Source: an uncultured Clostridium sp.
Lineage (GTDB): Bacteria; Bacillota; Clostridia; TANB77; CAG-465
DNA length: 32,000 nucleotides
NCBI GenBank assembly: GCA_900553785.1
Contig: USES01000005.1
Span: 1-32,000, forward strand
Direction: 5' to 3'
The position numbers and the translations under genes were made by a program. The notes below the pieces were generated by a model that saw only the letters and a list, made by a program, of their open reading frames with translations, searched no databases and was not told where the DNA came from. Within the stretch, counting starts at the first letter, position 1. Every line of letters starts with the position of its first letter. Of the stretch, positions 14,871 through 25,362 are shown in pieces.

Positions 14871-17800
14871 GTGGTTCATGAGGTAAAAAATGGGAAAACT
14901 GTAAGACAAAACTTTTCCAAAATATCTGAAGTAATTGACATGCCAGATTTAATTGAGGTTCAAAAATCATCATATAAGTGGTTTTTAGATTCTGGATTAA
15001 AGGATGTATTTCATGATATTTCGCCTATCGTAGACTACTCAGGTAATCTTATGCTTGAGTTTGTTGATTATAGGTTAGAGGACGAGACTAAATATACAAT
15101 TGAGGAGGCAAAGTCTAGAAATACTACATATGCATCTAGATTACAAGTTAAAGTTCGTTTGCTAAATAAAGAAACAGGAGAAATTAAAGAACAAGAAATT
15201 TTCATGGGCGACTTCCCACTAATGACAGATAACGGAACATTTATTATAAATGGTGCCGAGAGAGTTGTTGTAAGTCAGCTTGTTAGAAGCCCTGGAGTAT
15301 ATTTTGAAAAAGTTAAAGACAAAACTGGAAAACTAATGTATCTTGCTACAGTTATGCCTAATAGAGGAACTTGGCTAGAGTATGAAAGTGATCTTCAAGA
15401 CATGCTTTGGGCACGTGTAGATAGAACTCGTAAAGTTCCTTTGACAACTCTTATAAGAGCGCTTGGAATAGAAAAGGATTCTGAAATTATAGACCTATTT
15501 GAAGATGACATGATTTCTAAATCATTAGAAAAGGATCCAACAAAAACAAGAGATGAGGCGCTACTTGAAATATATAAAAAGTTAAGACCAGGCGAACCTT
15601 TACACGTTGATGCTGCAGAATCACTTTTATACGGCTTACTTTTCGATGAGAGAAGATATGATTTGTCTCGTGTAGGTAGATATAAGTACAACATGAAGTT
15701 GAATATTGCTTCAAGAATAGCAGGGGAAATTGCAGCTGATGATGTTGTTGATGCTGAAACAGGAGAAATATTTGTAAAAGCAGGAGAAAAAATTACTCGT
15801 GACGCAGCAGAAGCTATAAGGACAGCAGGAATAAATGTAGTATATATTACTAAAAATGATAAGAAAGTAAAAATCATTGGTAACAATACAGTAAATATTT
15901 CTAAATATCTTGGAATCGATATAGATAAAGACGTAATAAAAGAAGAAGTTCACTTGCCAGTATTAAAAGAAATACTAGAAAAAATGGAAGGCAAGGACGA
16001 AAAAGAACTTCGCAAAGAAATCAAGAAAAGACGTGAAGACTTAGTTGTAAAACATATTACACTAGATGATATTGTTGCATCAATTAATTATTTTGTTAAT
16101 TTCTTTAATGGTTTAGGAAAGATTGAAGATATAGACCATTTAGGAAATAGACGTGTAAGATGCGTTGGTGAACTTTTACAAAATCAATTTAGAATTGGTT
16201 TAACTCGTCTAGAGAGAGTTGTTCGTGAAAGAATGGCAACGCAAGACCTAGATATTGCTACACCACAAATGTTAATAAACATAAAACCGGTCGTAGGTGC
16301 AATAAAAGAGTTTTTTGGAAGCTCTCAATTATCTCAATTCATGGATCAGATAAACCCACTTGCAGAATTAACACATAAAAGAAGAATCTCTGCATTAGGA
16401 CCTGGAGGTTTGTCTCGTGAAAGAGCAGGATTCGAAGTACGTGACGTTCATTATACTCACTATGGAAGATTGTGCCCTATTGAGTCTCCAGAAGGACCAA
16501 ATATAGGACTTATATCTTCACTTCCAACTTATGCAAGAATAAACAGATATGGATTTATAGAATCTCCATATAGAAGAGTAGACAAAGAAACAGGAGTTGT
16601 TACAAACGATATAGTTTATATGACAGCTACTGAAGAAGATAATTATACAATTGCACAGGCAAATGAACCTTTGGACGAAAAGGGATGCTTTGCAAATAAA
16701 AAAATTAAAGTAAGACGTGTAAACGAAATACTTGAAGTTCCAAAAAATGAAGTAGATTACATGGACGTATCTCCAAAACAACTTGTATCTGTTGCAACAG
16801 CAATGATACCATTCTTGGAGAGTGATGATGCTAAACGTTCGCTAATGGGATCTAACATGCAGCGTCAGGCTGTACCTCTAATAAAAGCAGAGGCCCCAAT
16901 TGTTGCTACAGGAATTGAATATAAAGCAGCTCAAGATTCTGGAACATGCATAAATGCTTCACAAGATGGAACAGTAACTTATGTAAGTGCAGATAAAGTT
17001 ATAGTAGAAGGTAAAAAAGGAAAAGAAGAACATTACCTTACAAAATATAAACGTTCTAACCAAGGTACTTGCCTAAACCAAAGACCTATAGTTACTAAAG
17101 GCCAAAAGGTTAAAGCTGGAGATGTACTAGTAGATGGTTCATCCACAGACCAAGGAGAAATGGCTCTAGGTAAAAATATTCTAGTTGGCTTTATGACTTG
17201 GGAAGGTTACAACTATGAAGACGCTATACTTATATCTGAAGATTTAGTAAGAAATGATGTACTAACATCAATACACATAGAAGATTATGACTGTGAAGCA
17301 AGAGATACTAAACTTGGACCTGAGGAAATAACTCGTGAAATACCAAACGTTGGTGACGATGCTTTAAAAGACCTTGATGAAAATGGTATTATTCGTATTG
17401 GTGCAGAAGTAAGACCAGGTGATATTTTGGTCGGTAAAGTTACTCCTAAGGGAGAAACAGAACTTACTGCAGAAGAAAAACTTCTTCGCGCAATATTTGG
17501 TGAGAAATCTCGTGAAGTAAGAGATACTTCTCTTCGTGTTCCACATGGAGAAGAAGGAACAATTATAGATGTTAAGATATTTACAAGAGAGACTTCAGAT
17601 GAGTTGGCTCCAGGAGTAAATAAAGTTGTAAGAATATATATTGCACAGAAAAAGAAAATATCTGTTGGTGATAAATTATCTGGACGTCATGGTAACAAAG
17701 GTATAATTTCTCGTGTACTTCCAAGAGAAGATATGCCGTATCTTCCTGATGGCACACCACTTCAAATAGTATTAAACCCTATGGGTATTCCATCACGTAT

Positions 17801-18590
17801 GAACGTTGGACAGCTACTTGAGGTACATCTAGGATATATTGCAAACTTGCTTGGCTGGAAAATTGCAACACCAGTATTTGATGGTGCAAAAGAAGAAGAC
17901 ATAGAGTCGTTGTTTGAAAAAGCAGGACTAAGCAAAACATGTAAATTTAAAGTAAGAGATGGTAGAACAGGAGAATTATTTGATAACGAAGTAACTGTAG
18001 GTTACATGTATATGTTAAAACTATATCACTTGGTAGACGATAAGATTCACGCACGTTCAATTGGACCATACTCATTAGTTACACAACAACCATTAGGTGG
18101 TAAAGCACAATTTGGTGGACAGCGTTTTGGTGAGATGGAAGTTTGGGCATTGGAAGCTTATGGTGCATCATATGCTTTGCAAGAAATGCTTACAGTAAAA
18201 TCTGATGATGTTGTTGGAAGATTAAAGACTTATGAAGCAATAGTAAAAGGTGAAAGTGTTCCAGAACCTGGAATACCAGAATCATTTAGAGTACTTATAA
18301 AAGAATTACAAAGCTTAGGCTTGGATATGAGGCTATATAATCACAATGAACAAATTGAGATTAAGGAAATTGCAGATATAACTGAAGATCCTAAAACACT
18401 ACATAAAGTTGAACCAGATGAGCTTATTGCAGATGTTGATGAAGAAGACTTTGTGTTAGATAGTGAAGATGGTTTGAGTATAACAGATGGTGATTTTATA
18501 GATGAAGAAATTGCTGAAGATCAACAAAACGAAGGAACACTCCAAGATGAAGACGAAGATTTATACTTGGACGATTTAGATGATATGTAA
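14871..18590 (+). CDS. rpoB: DNA-directed RNA polymerase subunit beta
   Basis: Full-length RpoB with conserved blocks [47 protein letters not shown] and [12 protein letters not shown]. The likely start is GTG 14871 (MVHEVKNGK...) after GGGGGGA; the ORF track start is 14853. Confidence 0.97.
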   Translation: MVHEVKNGKTVRQNFSKISEVIDMPDLIEVQKSSYKWFLDSGLKDVFHDISPIVDYSGNLMLEFVDYRLEDETKYTIEEAKSRNTTYASRLQVKVRLLNKETGEIKEQEIFMGDFPLMTDNGTFIINGAERVVVSQLVRSPGVYFEKVKDKTGKLMYLATVMPNRGTWLEYESDLQDMLWARVDRTRKVPLTTLIRALGIEKDSEIIDLFEDDMISKSLEKDPTKTRDEALLEIYKKLRPGEPLHVDAAESLLYGLLFDERRYDLSRVGRYKYNMKLNIASRIAGEIAADDVVDAETGEIFVKAGEKITRDAAEAIRTAGINVVYITKNDKKVKIIGNNTVNISKYLGIDIDKDVIKEEVHLPVLKEILEKMEGKDEKELRKEIKKRREDLVVKHITLDDIVASINYFVNFFNGLGKIEDIDHLGNRRVRCVGELLQNQFRIGLTRLERVVRERMATQDLDIATPQMLINIKPVVGAIKEFFGSSQLSQFMDQINPLAELTHKRRISALGPGGLSRERAGFEVRDVHYTHYGRLCPIESPEGPNIGLISSLPTYARINRYGFIESPYRRVDKETGVVTNDIVYMTATEEDNYTIAQANEPLDEKGCFANKKIKVRRVNEILEVPKNEVDYMDVSPKQLVSVATAMIPFLESDDAKRSLMGSNMQRQAVPLIKAEAPIVATGIEYKAAQDSGTCINASQDGTVTYVSADKVIVEGKKGKEEHYLTKYKRSNQGTCLNQRPIVTKGQKVKAGDVLVDGSSTDQGEMALGKNILVGFMTWEGYNYEDAILISEDLVRNDVLTSIHIEDYDCEARDTKLGPEEITREIPNVGDDALKDLDENGIIRIGAEVRPGDILVGKVTPKGETELTAEEKLLRAIFGEKSREVRDTSLRVPHGEEGTIIDVKIFTRETSDELAPGVNKVVRIYIAQKKKISVGDKLSGRHGNKGIISRVLPREDMPYLPDGTPLQIVLNPMGIPSRMNVGQLLEVHLGYIANLLGWKIATPVFDGAKEEDIESLFEKAGLSKTCKFKVRDGRTGELFDNEVTVGYMYMLKLYHLVDDKIHARSIGPYSLVTQQPLGGKAQFGGQRFGEMEVWALEAYGASYALQEMLTVKSDDVVGRLKTYEAIVKGESVPEPGIPESFRVLIKELQSLGLDMRLYNHNEQIEIKEIADITEDPKTLHKVEPDELIADVDEEDFVLDSEDGLSITDGDFIDEEIAEDQQNEGTLQDEDEDLYLDDLDDM

Positions 18591-18611
18591 TGGTGAAAGG
18601 GGAAACTTAAA

Positions 18612-21600
18612 ATGGAGAATGTAAAAATAAATACAGAAAACTTTGATAGATTAAGTATTGGTATCGCATCACCAGAGAAGATAAGAGAATGGTCAAAAGG
18701 CGAAGTTAAAAAACCTGAGACAATCAATTATCGTTCCCTAAAACCAGAGCGTGATGGCTTGTTTTGCGAAAAGATTTTTGGACCAACAAAAGATTGGGAA
18801 TGTTATTGTGGAAAATACAAAAAAGTAAGATATAAAGGTATCATATGTGATAGATGTGGAGTTGAAGTAACTAAAAAGAGCGTAAGACGTGAACGTTTAG
18901 GACATATAGAACTTGCGACTCCAGTATCTCACATCTGGTTCTTAAAAGGAATTCCAAGTAGAATGAGTCTAATTATAGACGTATCACCTAAAGCTTTGGA
19001 ACGTGTTGTATACTTTGCAGCATACATAGTTATGGATCCAAAAGATACAGGACTTATGTTTAAACAAATTCTTAATGAAAAAGAATATAGAGAAGCAGTA
19101 GAAAAATACGGCGAAGGCTCATTTGTAGTTGGAACTGGTGCAGAAGCTGTAAGAGAGCTACTAGCATCTGTAGACTTGGAAAAAGAAGAAAAACAAATTC
19201 GTAAAGAGCTTGAAAAAGCAACTCTTCAAAAAAGAGTAAAACTAGTTAAAAGACTAGAAACAATAGAAGCGTTTATTAAATCTGGTAATAAACCTGAATG
19301 GATGATACTAGAAGTAATTCCTGTAATTCCACCAGATTTAAGACCGATGGTACAACTAGATGGTGGTAGATTTGCTACTTCTGACTTGAATGATTTGTAT
19401 CGTAGAGTAATAAACAGAAATAACAGATTAAAAAGACTTATAGAGTTAGATGCTCCGGATATCATTATAAGAAATGAGAAGAGAATGCTTCAAGAAGCAG
19501 TTGATGCTTTGATAGATAATGGTAGACGTGGCAGACCAGTAACTGGTGCAGGAAATAGAGCTTTGAAATCTTTAACAGATATGTTAAAGGGTAAACAAGG
19601 TAGATTTAGACAAAACTTGCTAGGTAAACGTGTTGACTATTCTGGACGTTCAGTTATCGTTGTAGGACCTGAACTTAAGATTTATCAATGCGGACTTCCA
19701 CGTGAGATGGCACTAGAGCTATTTAAACCTTTCGTTATGAAAGAATTAGTAAAACGTGGAATGGCATTTAATATTAAAAACGCAAAAAGAATGGTAGAAC
19801 GTGCTCAAGTAGAAGTATGGGATGTACTAGAAGATGTAATTCAAAACAGACCAGTATTACTTAACCGTGCACCAACTCTTCACAGACTTGGTATTCAAGC
19901 ATTTGAACCAGTACTTGTAGAAGGAAGAGCAATTAAACTTCACCCACTAGTTTGTGCAGCGTTTAACGCAGACTTTGATGGTGACCAGATGGCAGTACAC
20001 GTACCACTATCACCTGAAGCACAAGCTGAAGCAAAATACTTAATGCTTGCATCAAACAACCTATTAAAACCTCAAGATGGTAAAGCTGTTACAGTCCCAT
20101 CTCAGGATATGATACTTGGAAGTTATTATCTAACAGTTGAGTATGATGATGAACCTGGTGTAGGTAAAGTATTTAAAGACGAACAAGAAGCATTTATGGC
20201 ATATGATGCTAAAGTGGTTGGACTTCATGCTCCAATTAAACTTAGAGTATACAAAGAGATTGATGGAAAAATGCAATCTGCCATAATTGATACAACTATT
20301 GGTAGAATTATATTTAACGATATAATTCCTCAAACATTAGGTTATGTAGATAGAACAAAACCTGAAAATGCTTTTAGACAGGAAATAGAATTCCCTGTAA
20401 GAAAGAAAGAAATTGGCCAAATTATAGACATGTGTATTGAAAAATTTGGTATTCCTAGAACTGCAGTAATGCTAGATGATATTAAACGTCTTGGTTATAA
20501 ATATTCAACAGTTAGCGGTATTACAGTTTCTGTATCAGATATGGAAGTTCCAGAATCTCGTGCAAGAATCCTAAAAGAAGCTGATGAAGCAGTAGACGTA
20601 GTATACAAAAACTATAAACGTGGTTTAATTTCTGATGAACAAAGATATAATGAAGTTATTAAAGTATGGACTAAAGCAACAGATGATATACAAGATGCTA
20701 TACTTGCAAATAACAACATCAAAAACCCAATTTACATCATGGCACATACAGGAGCCAGAGGTAATCCAAAACAGATAAGACAGTTATCTGGTATTCGTGG
20801 ACTTATGGCAGATACATCTGGTAAAGCGGTAGAAATTCCAATTCGTTCAAGCTTTAGAGATGGACTTGACGTTCTAGAATATTTCATTTCTTCACACGGT
20901 GCAAGAAAAGGTCTAGCAGATACAGCACTTCGTACAGCTGATTCTGGATACTTAACAAGAAGACTTGTTGATGTTAACCAAGAAGTAATAATTACTGCTG
21001 ATGATTGCGGAACTCATGAAGGACTTGAAGTTGAAGCAATTATGGAAAGTGGTGAGCCAATCGAAAAACTATTCGAAAGAATAGAAGGAAGATATTTAGC
21101 AGATGATGTTAAAGACAGTGATGGCAATGTAATGTATGAAAGAAATACATATATTACTACAGATATTGCAAACAAAATTGTAAAAGCAGGAATTGAAAAA
21201 GTAAAAATTCGTTCAGCTCTTACTTGCGATATGGGTAGAGGCGTATGTGCAAGGTGTTATGGTAAAAACCTTGCAACTGGAGAACCAATATCTGTTGGAG
21301 AAGCAGTAGGTATCATAGCAGCTCAATCAATAGGTGAGCCAGGAACACAGCTTACAATGAGAACTATTCACTCTGGTGGTGTCGCAGGTTCAGATATAAC
21401 TCAGGGTCTTCCTAGAGTTGAAGAATTGTTTGAAGCAAGACGTCCAAAGGGTGTTGCCATAGTATCTGAAATAGGTGGTACAGTTAAGATTACTGCTGTT
21501 GACGAGTTAAATCGTGAAGTAACAGTTACAAGTGAAGATAAAACTGCCCAAACTTACAAAATATATGGCGCAAGACCAGCTGTAAAAGATGGCGATGTAA

Positions 21601-22169
21601 TTAAAGCGGGAGATAAGTTAACAGAGGGATCATTAGATCCACATGACATTATTCGTATCAATGGTGTAACTGCCGTACAAAACTATCTAATTCAAGAAGT
21701 ACAAAGAGTTTATAGAACACAAGGTGTTCATATAAATGATAAGCATATAGAACTTGTTGCAAAACAGATGTTAAGAAAAGTTAAGGTTGACGATAGAGGC
21801 GATACTGAACTTATTGCAGGTTCTATGATAGATATAAATGAATTCAAAGAAGCAAACAAGTTAGCTCGTGAAAGTGGTAAAAAAGAAGCTACTGGAACAA
21901 GAGAACTACTTGGAATTACAAAGGTAGCACTTCTTACAGAATCATTCTTATCTGCAGCTTCATTCCAAGAAACAGCAAGAGTATTAACAGATGCTGCTGT
22001 TAAAGGAAAAGAAGATAAGTTGCTTGGATTAAAGGAAAATGTAATTATTGGTAGATTGATACCAGCAGGTACAGGACTTATAGACTATGCAAACTTAAAA
22101 GTAAAAAATATCAATGAAAAACCACTTGAAGATGAAGAGACAACAGATGTAGAAGATTATATAGAGTAA
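18612..22169 (+). CDS. rpoC: DNA-directed RNA polymerase subunit beta'
   Basis: Zn finger [23 protein letters not shown], catalytic [12 protein letters not shown], and trigger-loop and bridge-helix blocks. 1185 aa. Confidence 0.97.
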   Translation: MENVKINTENFDRLSIGIASPEKIREWSKGEVKKPETINYRSLKPERDGLFCEKIFGPTKDWECYCGKYKKVRYKGIICDRCGVEVTKKSVRRERLGHIELATPVSHIWFLKGIPSRMSLIIDVSPKALERVVYFAAYIVMDPKDTGLMFKQILNEKEYREAVEKYGEGSFVVGTGAEAVRELLASVDLEKEEKQIRKELEKATLQKRVKLVKRLETIEAFIKSGNKPEWMILEVIPVIPPDLRPMVQLDGGRFATSDLNDLYRRVINRNNRLKRLIELDAPDIIIRNEKRMLQEAVDALIDNGRRGRPVTGAGNRALKSLTDMLKGKQGRFRQNLLGKRVDYSGRSVIVVGPELKIYQCGLPREMALELFKPFVMKELVKRGMAFNIKNAKRMVERAQVEVWDVLEDVIQNRPVLLNRAPTLHRLGIQAFEPVLVEGRAIKLHPLVCAAFNADFDGDQMAVHVPLSPEAQAEAKYLMLASNNLLKPQDGKAVTVPSQDMILGSYYLTVEYDDEPGVGKVFKDEQEAFMAYDAKVVGLHAPIKLRVYKEIDGKMQSAIIDTTIGRIIFNDIIPQTLGYVDRTKPENAFRQEIEFPVRKKEIGQIIDMCIEKFGIPRTAVMLDDIKRLGYKYSTVSGITVSVSDMEVPESRARILKEADEAVDVVYKNYKRGLISDEQRYNEVIKVWTKATDDIQDAILANNNIKNPIYIMAHTGARGNPKQIRQLSGIRGLMADTSGKAVEIPIRSSFRDGLDVLEYFISSHGARKGLADTALRTADSGYLTRRLVDVNQEVIITADDCGTHEGLEVEAIMESGEPIEKLFERIEGRYLADDVKDSDGNVMYERNTYITTDIANKIVKAGIEKVKIRSALTCDMGRGVCARCYGKNLATGEPISVGEAVGIIAAQSIGEPGTQLTMRTIHSGGVAGSDITQGLPRVEELFEARRPKGVAIVSEIGGTVKITAVDELNREVTVTSEDKTAQTYKIYGARPAVKDGDVIKAGDKLTEGSLDPHDIIRINGVTAVQNYLIQEVQRVYRTQGVHINDKHIELVAKQMLRKVKVDDRGDTELIAGSMIDINEFKEANKLARESGKKEATGTRELLGITKVALLTESFLSAASFQETARVLTDAAVKGKEDKLLGLKENVIIGRLIPAGTGLIDYANLKVKNINEKPLEDEETTDVEDYIE

Positions 22170-22173
22170 AAAA

Positions 22174-22206
22174 ATTCCTAAATGGGAAACCATTTAGGAA
22201 TTTTTT
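22174..22206 (+). terminator. Intrinsic terminator after rpoC
   Basis: Stem TTCCTAAATGG/CCATTTAGGAA, loop GAAA, then TTTTTT. Confidence 0.85.
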
Positions 22207-22363
22207 ACAGCGAAAGATGCTATTATAGTGCTGTTTTGTGGCAAATGTTAATATAAAGTGACAAAATTCCTATAAAAATAGCTTGTTTTTAACTGGATTT
22301 TATATTATCATAAAAGGTGTACAGTAGTTGTAACTGTGAGTGTTGGGATAAGTGAGGAAAAAA

Positions 22364-23137
22364 ATGAAATTTAGTGAGAAATTAATAGCTTTAAGAAAAA
22401 GCAAAGGAATGTCACAGGAAGAATTAGGAGAAAAACTTGGAGTGACAAGACAGACAATTTCAAAGTGGGAGCTAGAACAAACAGCGCCAGATATGAATAG
22501 CCTTAATAAAATAAGTGAATTGTTTGATGTAAGTGTTGATTATCTTGCAAATGATAATCGTGGTGAAAACCAAGAACAAGAGAAAACTGTCAACACTGGA
22601 AGCCCTGTTGTTGATGATGAAAAGAGAAAAAAGATACTAATCATAGTGTCAATAGTTTTAGGAATTATAATAATGTTCTATATGGTGTGGTTTTTTGTTG
22701 TAGGTAAAATACTAAACTTTGGAGCAAATATAGGTAAGGACCTTATAAATGCCGGAGTGGATATGGTTGATCAAATTCAAGATGGTATAAAGGATAATCA
22801 AAGTGGAATATACAATGAAATTACAGGAATTACAAACCCAGTAAATGATGACACAGATGAAAAAGAAAACAAACTTAAGCCTAAAGCTTTCAATACTGGA
22901 ATTGAAATGTACAAGGGAACTAGCTATGGTATATTTGCAAAGAGTGCAATAGATGAAATTGTTTCAAGTAACGGAAAAAATAAAAACCAACAAATTAAAC
23001 TAACAATAAATGACGTGGAATATGTGGATTCTGATAAAATGATAGAAGCAAAAAAAGGACTAGATAATATGAGTCAATATGAAATAACATTTAAGTATGA
23101 TGACAACGGATATATTTGCGAAGCTATAATTAAGTAA
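22364..23137 (+). CDS. Membrane-anchored XRE-family HTH protein
   Basis: N-terminal HTH LIALRKSKGMSQEELGEKLGVTRQTISKWELEQTAPDMNSLNKISELFDVSVDYL, TM segment ILIIVSIVLGIIIMFYMVWFFVV, and an extracytoplasmic C-domain. Start is ATG 22364 after GTGAGGA; the ORF track start is 22352. Confidence 0.75.
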   Translation: MKFSEKLIALRKSKGMSQEELGEKLGVTRQTISKWELEQTAPDMNSLNKISELFDVSVDYLANDNRGENQEQEKTVNTGSPVVDDEKRKKILIIVSIVLGIIIMFYMVWFFVVGKILNFGANIGKDLINAGVDMVDQIQDGIKDNQSGIYNEITGITNPVNDDTDEKENKLKPKAFNTGIEMYKGTSYGIFAKSAIDEIVSSNGKNKNQQIKLTINDVEYVDSDKMIEAKKGLDNMSQYEITFKYDDNGYICEAIIK

Positions 23138-23141
23138 ACAA

Positions 23142-23177
23142 AAGTAGAAGTCTAATGTTAATATTAGGCTTCTACTT
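23142..23177. terminator. Bidirectional terminator between convergent genes
   Basis: 15-bp stem AAGTAGAAGTCTAAT/ATTAGGCTTCTACTT (one G-U pair) with a 6-nt loop. Confidence 0.7.
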
Positions 23178-23181
23178 TCTT

Positions 23182-24198
23182 TTATTTAAATTCGTTAATT
23201 ATTTTTTCTATTTTGTCCATATTATTTTCTACTATTTTTACAAACGTATCAACAAGGTTTTCATCTAATTGAGTACCTTTTACCCTATTTAATTCCTGAA
23301 CAGCTTGTTTAATATCGGCACGTTCTCTATATACTCTCCTCGAGGTAATTGCATCAAATGTATCACATACAGCAAGAAGTCTAGCAAAGTATGGGATATC
23401 ATCTCCTGCTAATCCATCTGGATAGCCTTTTCCATCAATTCTTTCATGATGGTGTCGAATTATAGGGAGACAATTCTTAAATGTTTCGGAGGTAGACAAA
23501 ATATTTTCTCCGATTACAGGATGAAGCTTTATGGCAGCATATTCTTCATCTGTTAGTTTTCCTGGTTTAAGTAAAACAGAATCACTTATACCTATTTTAC
23601 CTATATCGTGGAAGTTTGCAGCCAACTCTATTAGGTTTACGTCATCATCACTAAGATTAAGTTCCCTTGCTAGCATTACTGAATAAGTAGAGACTCTAAC
23701 GGAGTGCTCTCCAGTGTATTTGTCTCTAGCTCCGATCATATTTCTTATAGCGGTTGCAAATTCTATACCGAAGTGATCTATTTTGCTAGACATTTGTTTA
23801 ATACTTTCTATTTGCCTAACATATTTAAATCCGCTTTCAATAAGTAGTATAAGATCGTCAAAATTTGAACCTTTTTCAAAGAATGCTTGTATATCCAAAG
23901 ATCTCATTATATCTATAGATGGTGCAAGTTCTTTATGAGATGACATAAGGATTATGTATAGATCCTTGTCAAATTCACGAACGAGTCTAACAATATCGTC
24001 GCCTTTTACAGTAGGTAGAATGTAATTTATTACGAGAACATCATACTTATTACTTCTTTCTCTTAACTCTTGTAATCCAGCAAGTGGTTCGGTGTATGTT
24101 GTTAAGGTAATGTCATATTTTTTCAACACCAATGCCATAGCGTTCATTAGGTTTATATCATCATCTATTATCATTACATTATTTATATTCTCTGTCAA
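23182..24198 (-). CDS. Response-regulator receiver domain fused to an HD-GYP domain (putative c-di-GMP phosphodiesterase, RpfG class)
   Basis: HDIGKIGI and HHERIDGKGYPDGL motifs. N-terminal REC fold (VMIIDDD...). The likely start is TTG 24198 after GAGGTGA; the ORF track start is 24231. Confidence 0.8.
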   Translation of the reverse strand: MTENINNVMIIDDDINLMNAMALVLKKYDITLTTYTEPLAGLQELRERSNKYDVLVINYILPTVKGDDIVRLVREFDKDLYIILMSSHKELAPSIDIMRSLDIQAFFEKGSNFDDLILLIESGFKYVRQIESIKQMSSKIDHFGIEFATAIRNMIGARDKYTGEHSVRVSTYSVMLARELNLSDDDVNLIELAANFHDIGKIGISDSVLLKPGKLTDEEYAAIKLHPVIGENILSTSETFKNCLPIIRHHHERIDGKGYPDGLAGDDIPYFARLLAVCDTFDAITSRRVYRERADIKQAVQELNRVKGTQLDENLVDTFVKIVENNMDKIEKIINEFK

Positions 24199-24253
24199 AA
24201 AAATCACCTCATTACGACAATAGTATAGCAAAAAAAATGAATATATACAAGTC

Positions 24254-24442
24254 TTAAGATATATTAAAAGTTCCTAAAGTTATGGTGAAATCATTAGGAA
24301 ATACGGTGATTGATTCAATGGTTATTTTACCTGTTAACAATAACAAAATAACAAGTATTTTGTTTATATCTAAGTTTTCACAGAAGTTACAAGAATCCGA
24401 GTTGGAGTTTGGAAGGTTAAAATTAGATAGAATGTTTTCCAT
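24254..24442 (-). CDS. Hypothetical small protein (62 aa)
   Basis: Good RBS (AGGAGGTAAATCC-ATG). Preferred over the antisense plus-strand ORF 24282-24503, which lacks an RBS. Confidence 0.4.
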   Translation of the reverse strand: MENILSNFNLPNSNSDSCNFCENLDINKILVILLLLTGKITIESITVFPNDFTITLGTFNIS

Positions 24443-24510
24443 GGATTTACCTCCTATTAAAATATACTATAATACTTGCCTTTTTATGTTTAAAGTAGTA
24501 TAATTACGCC

Positions 24511-25206
24511 ATGAATGAACAGGAAAATATAGATAATAAATTTAAAACAAATAGTAAAAATGTTTTTTTTATTTTAGTAGCGATGATTGCATCTGCTGTT
24601 ATTTTAGCTTTTTTAATTCAGTTACTTTTAAAAAATAGCAAAATTAATCAAGGAAAATACAGAGTATCTGATGCAATCATAACTAGCCAAACGGAGTTTA
24701 TAGACAAGAGTAAAGAAACTGGTACTTGGTCTTACGACGTTTATCAGAGCAATTCTTTATCGCTACTAGTTAGTGCTGGAGCTGAAATTTCTAGAGCATA
24801 TATATCAGATATTCATGCTAGTAAATCAAGTATAGAGATTAGTCAACAAAATTCGGACATTGCTGTTTTTGCAAACGAAGAGGCGGTATTGGAACTTGCT
24901 TCAGATGTTTCTGAAGATGGCGAAATACTATATGAAATAAATATAAAGAATAAAGACGCTCTAAACAATTTTGAGATATCTTCTGATGTTAATGAAATTA
25001 AGCATGACGCTACTATATTTAAACTTGCAAATATAACTAATTCAGATTTACAGTTTGATATTTCATTTGATTTTAACATACAAGAAAAGGATGGTAGATT
25101 AAGTGTAATGACAGTACAACTTAAACTTCCATATAAGGACATAATAGAAAGTGGATCTTCAGTTACCAGAATAGATGTTGGAGATTTAGTGTTTAAATTA
25201 AAATAA
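24511..25206 (+). CDS. Hypothetical membrane-anchored protein (231 aa)
   Basis: ORF track. N-terminal TM segment VFFILVAMIASAVILAFLIQLLL followed by a beta-rich extracytoplasmic region. Confidence 0.55.
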   Translation: MNEQENIDNKFKTNSKNVFFILVAMIASAVILAFLIQLLLKNSKINQGKYRVSDAIITSQTEFIDKSKETGTWSYDVYQSNSLSLLVSAGAEISRAYISDIHASKSSIEISQQNSDIAVFANEEAVLELASDVSEDGEILYEINIKNKDALNNFEISSDVNEIKHDATIFKLANITNSDLQFDISFDFNIQEKDGRLSVMTVQLKLPYKDIIESGSSVTRIDVGDLVFKLK

Positions 25207-25220
25207 ATGTCGGCCTAGGC

Positions 25221-25249
25221 TTGAAATATACTGATTAGTAGTATATAAT
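25221..25249 (+). promoter_or_regulatory. SigA-type promoter for the SRP RNA
   Basis: TTGAAA (25221-25226), 17-nt spacer, TATAAT (25244-25249). The predicted transcription start (~25256) coincides with the base of the RNA helix. Confidence 0.65.
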
Positions 25250-25255
25250 ATCTAT

Positions 25256-25343
25256 GATCGCTTGGGCAATAAAAAATATGTGAACCTTGTCAGGTCCGGA
25301 AGGAAGCAGCAATAAACATGTTTTTTATGTGCTAATAGCGGTC
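25256..25343 (+). ncRNA. ffs: Signal recognition particle RNA, short 4.5S-type (~88 nt)
   Basis: Universal domain IV motif GTCAGGTCCGGAAGGAAGCAGC (25289-25310). Closing helices are GATCGCT/AGCGGTC and AAAAAATATGT/ACATGTTTTTT. T-run at 25344-25351. Located directly upstream of dnaX, as in Bacillus. Confidence 0.85.
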
Positions 25344-25362
25344 TTTTTTTTAGGGGGTATAT

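Noticed and set aside
15395-15953. Minus-strand ORFs of 65-163 aa inside rpoB (15395-15886, 15517-15714, 15711-15953). There are similar ones inside rpoB and rpoC (16518-16781, 17364-17546, 19226-19465, 20130-20333).
   Set aside because: They lie antisense to strongly conserved, clearly genuine coding sequence. They have no RBS, and their products are low-complexity Ser/Ile/Phe-rich strings typical of antisense frames in AT-rich genes.
16310-16450. Rifampicin-resistance determining region of rpoB
   Set aside because: The sequence [47 protein letters not shown] has the wild-type residues at the classical hot-spot positions (S, D, H, S), so there is nothing unusual.
24282-24503. 73-aa plus-strand ORF
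   Set aside because: It is antisense to the 62-aa ORF that has a strong RBS, and it has no RBS of its own.
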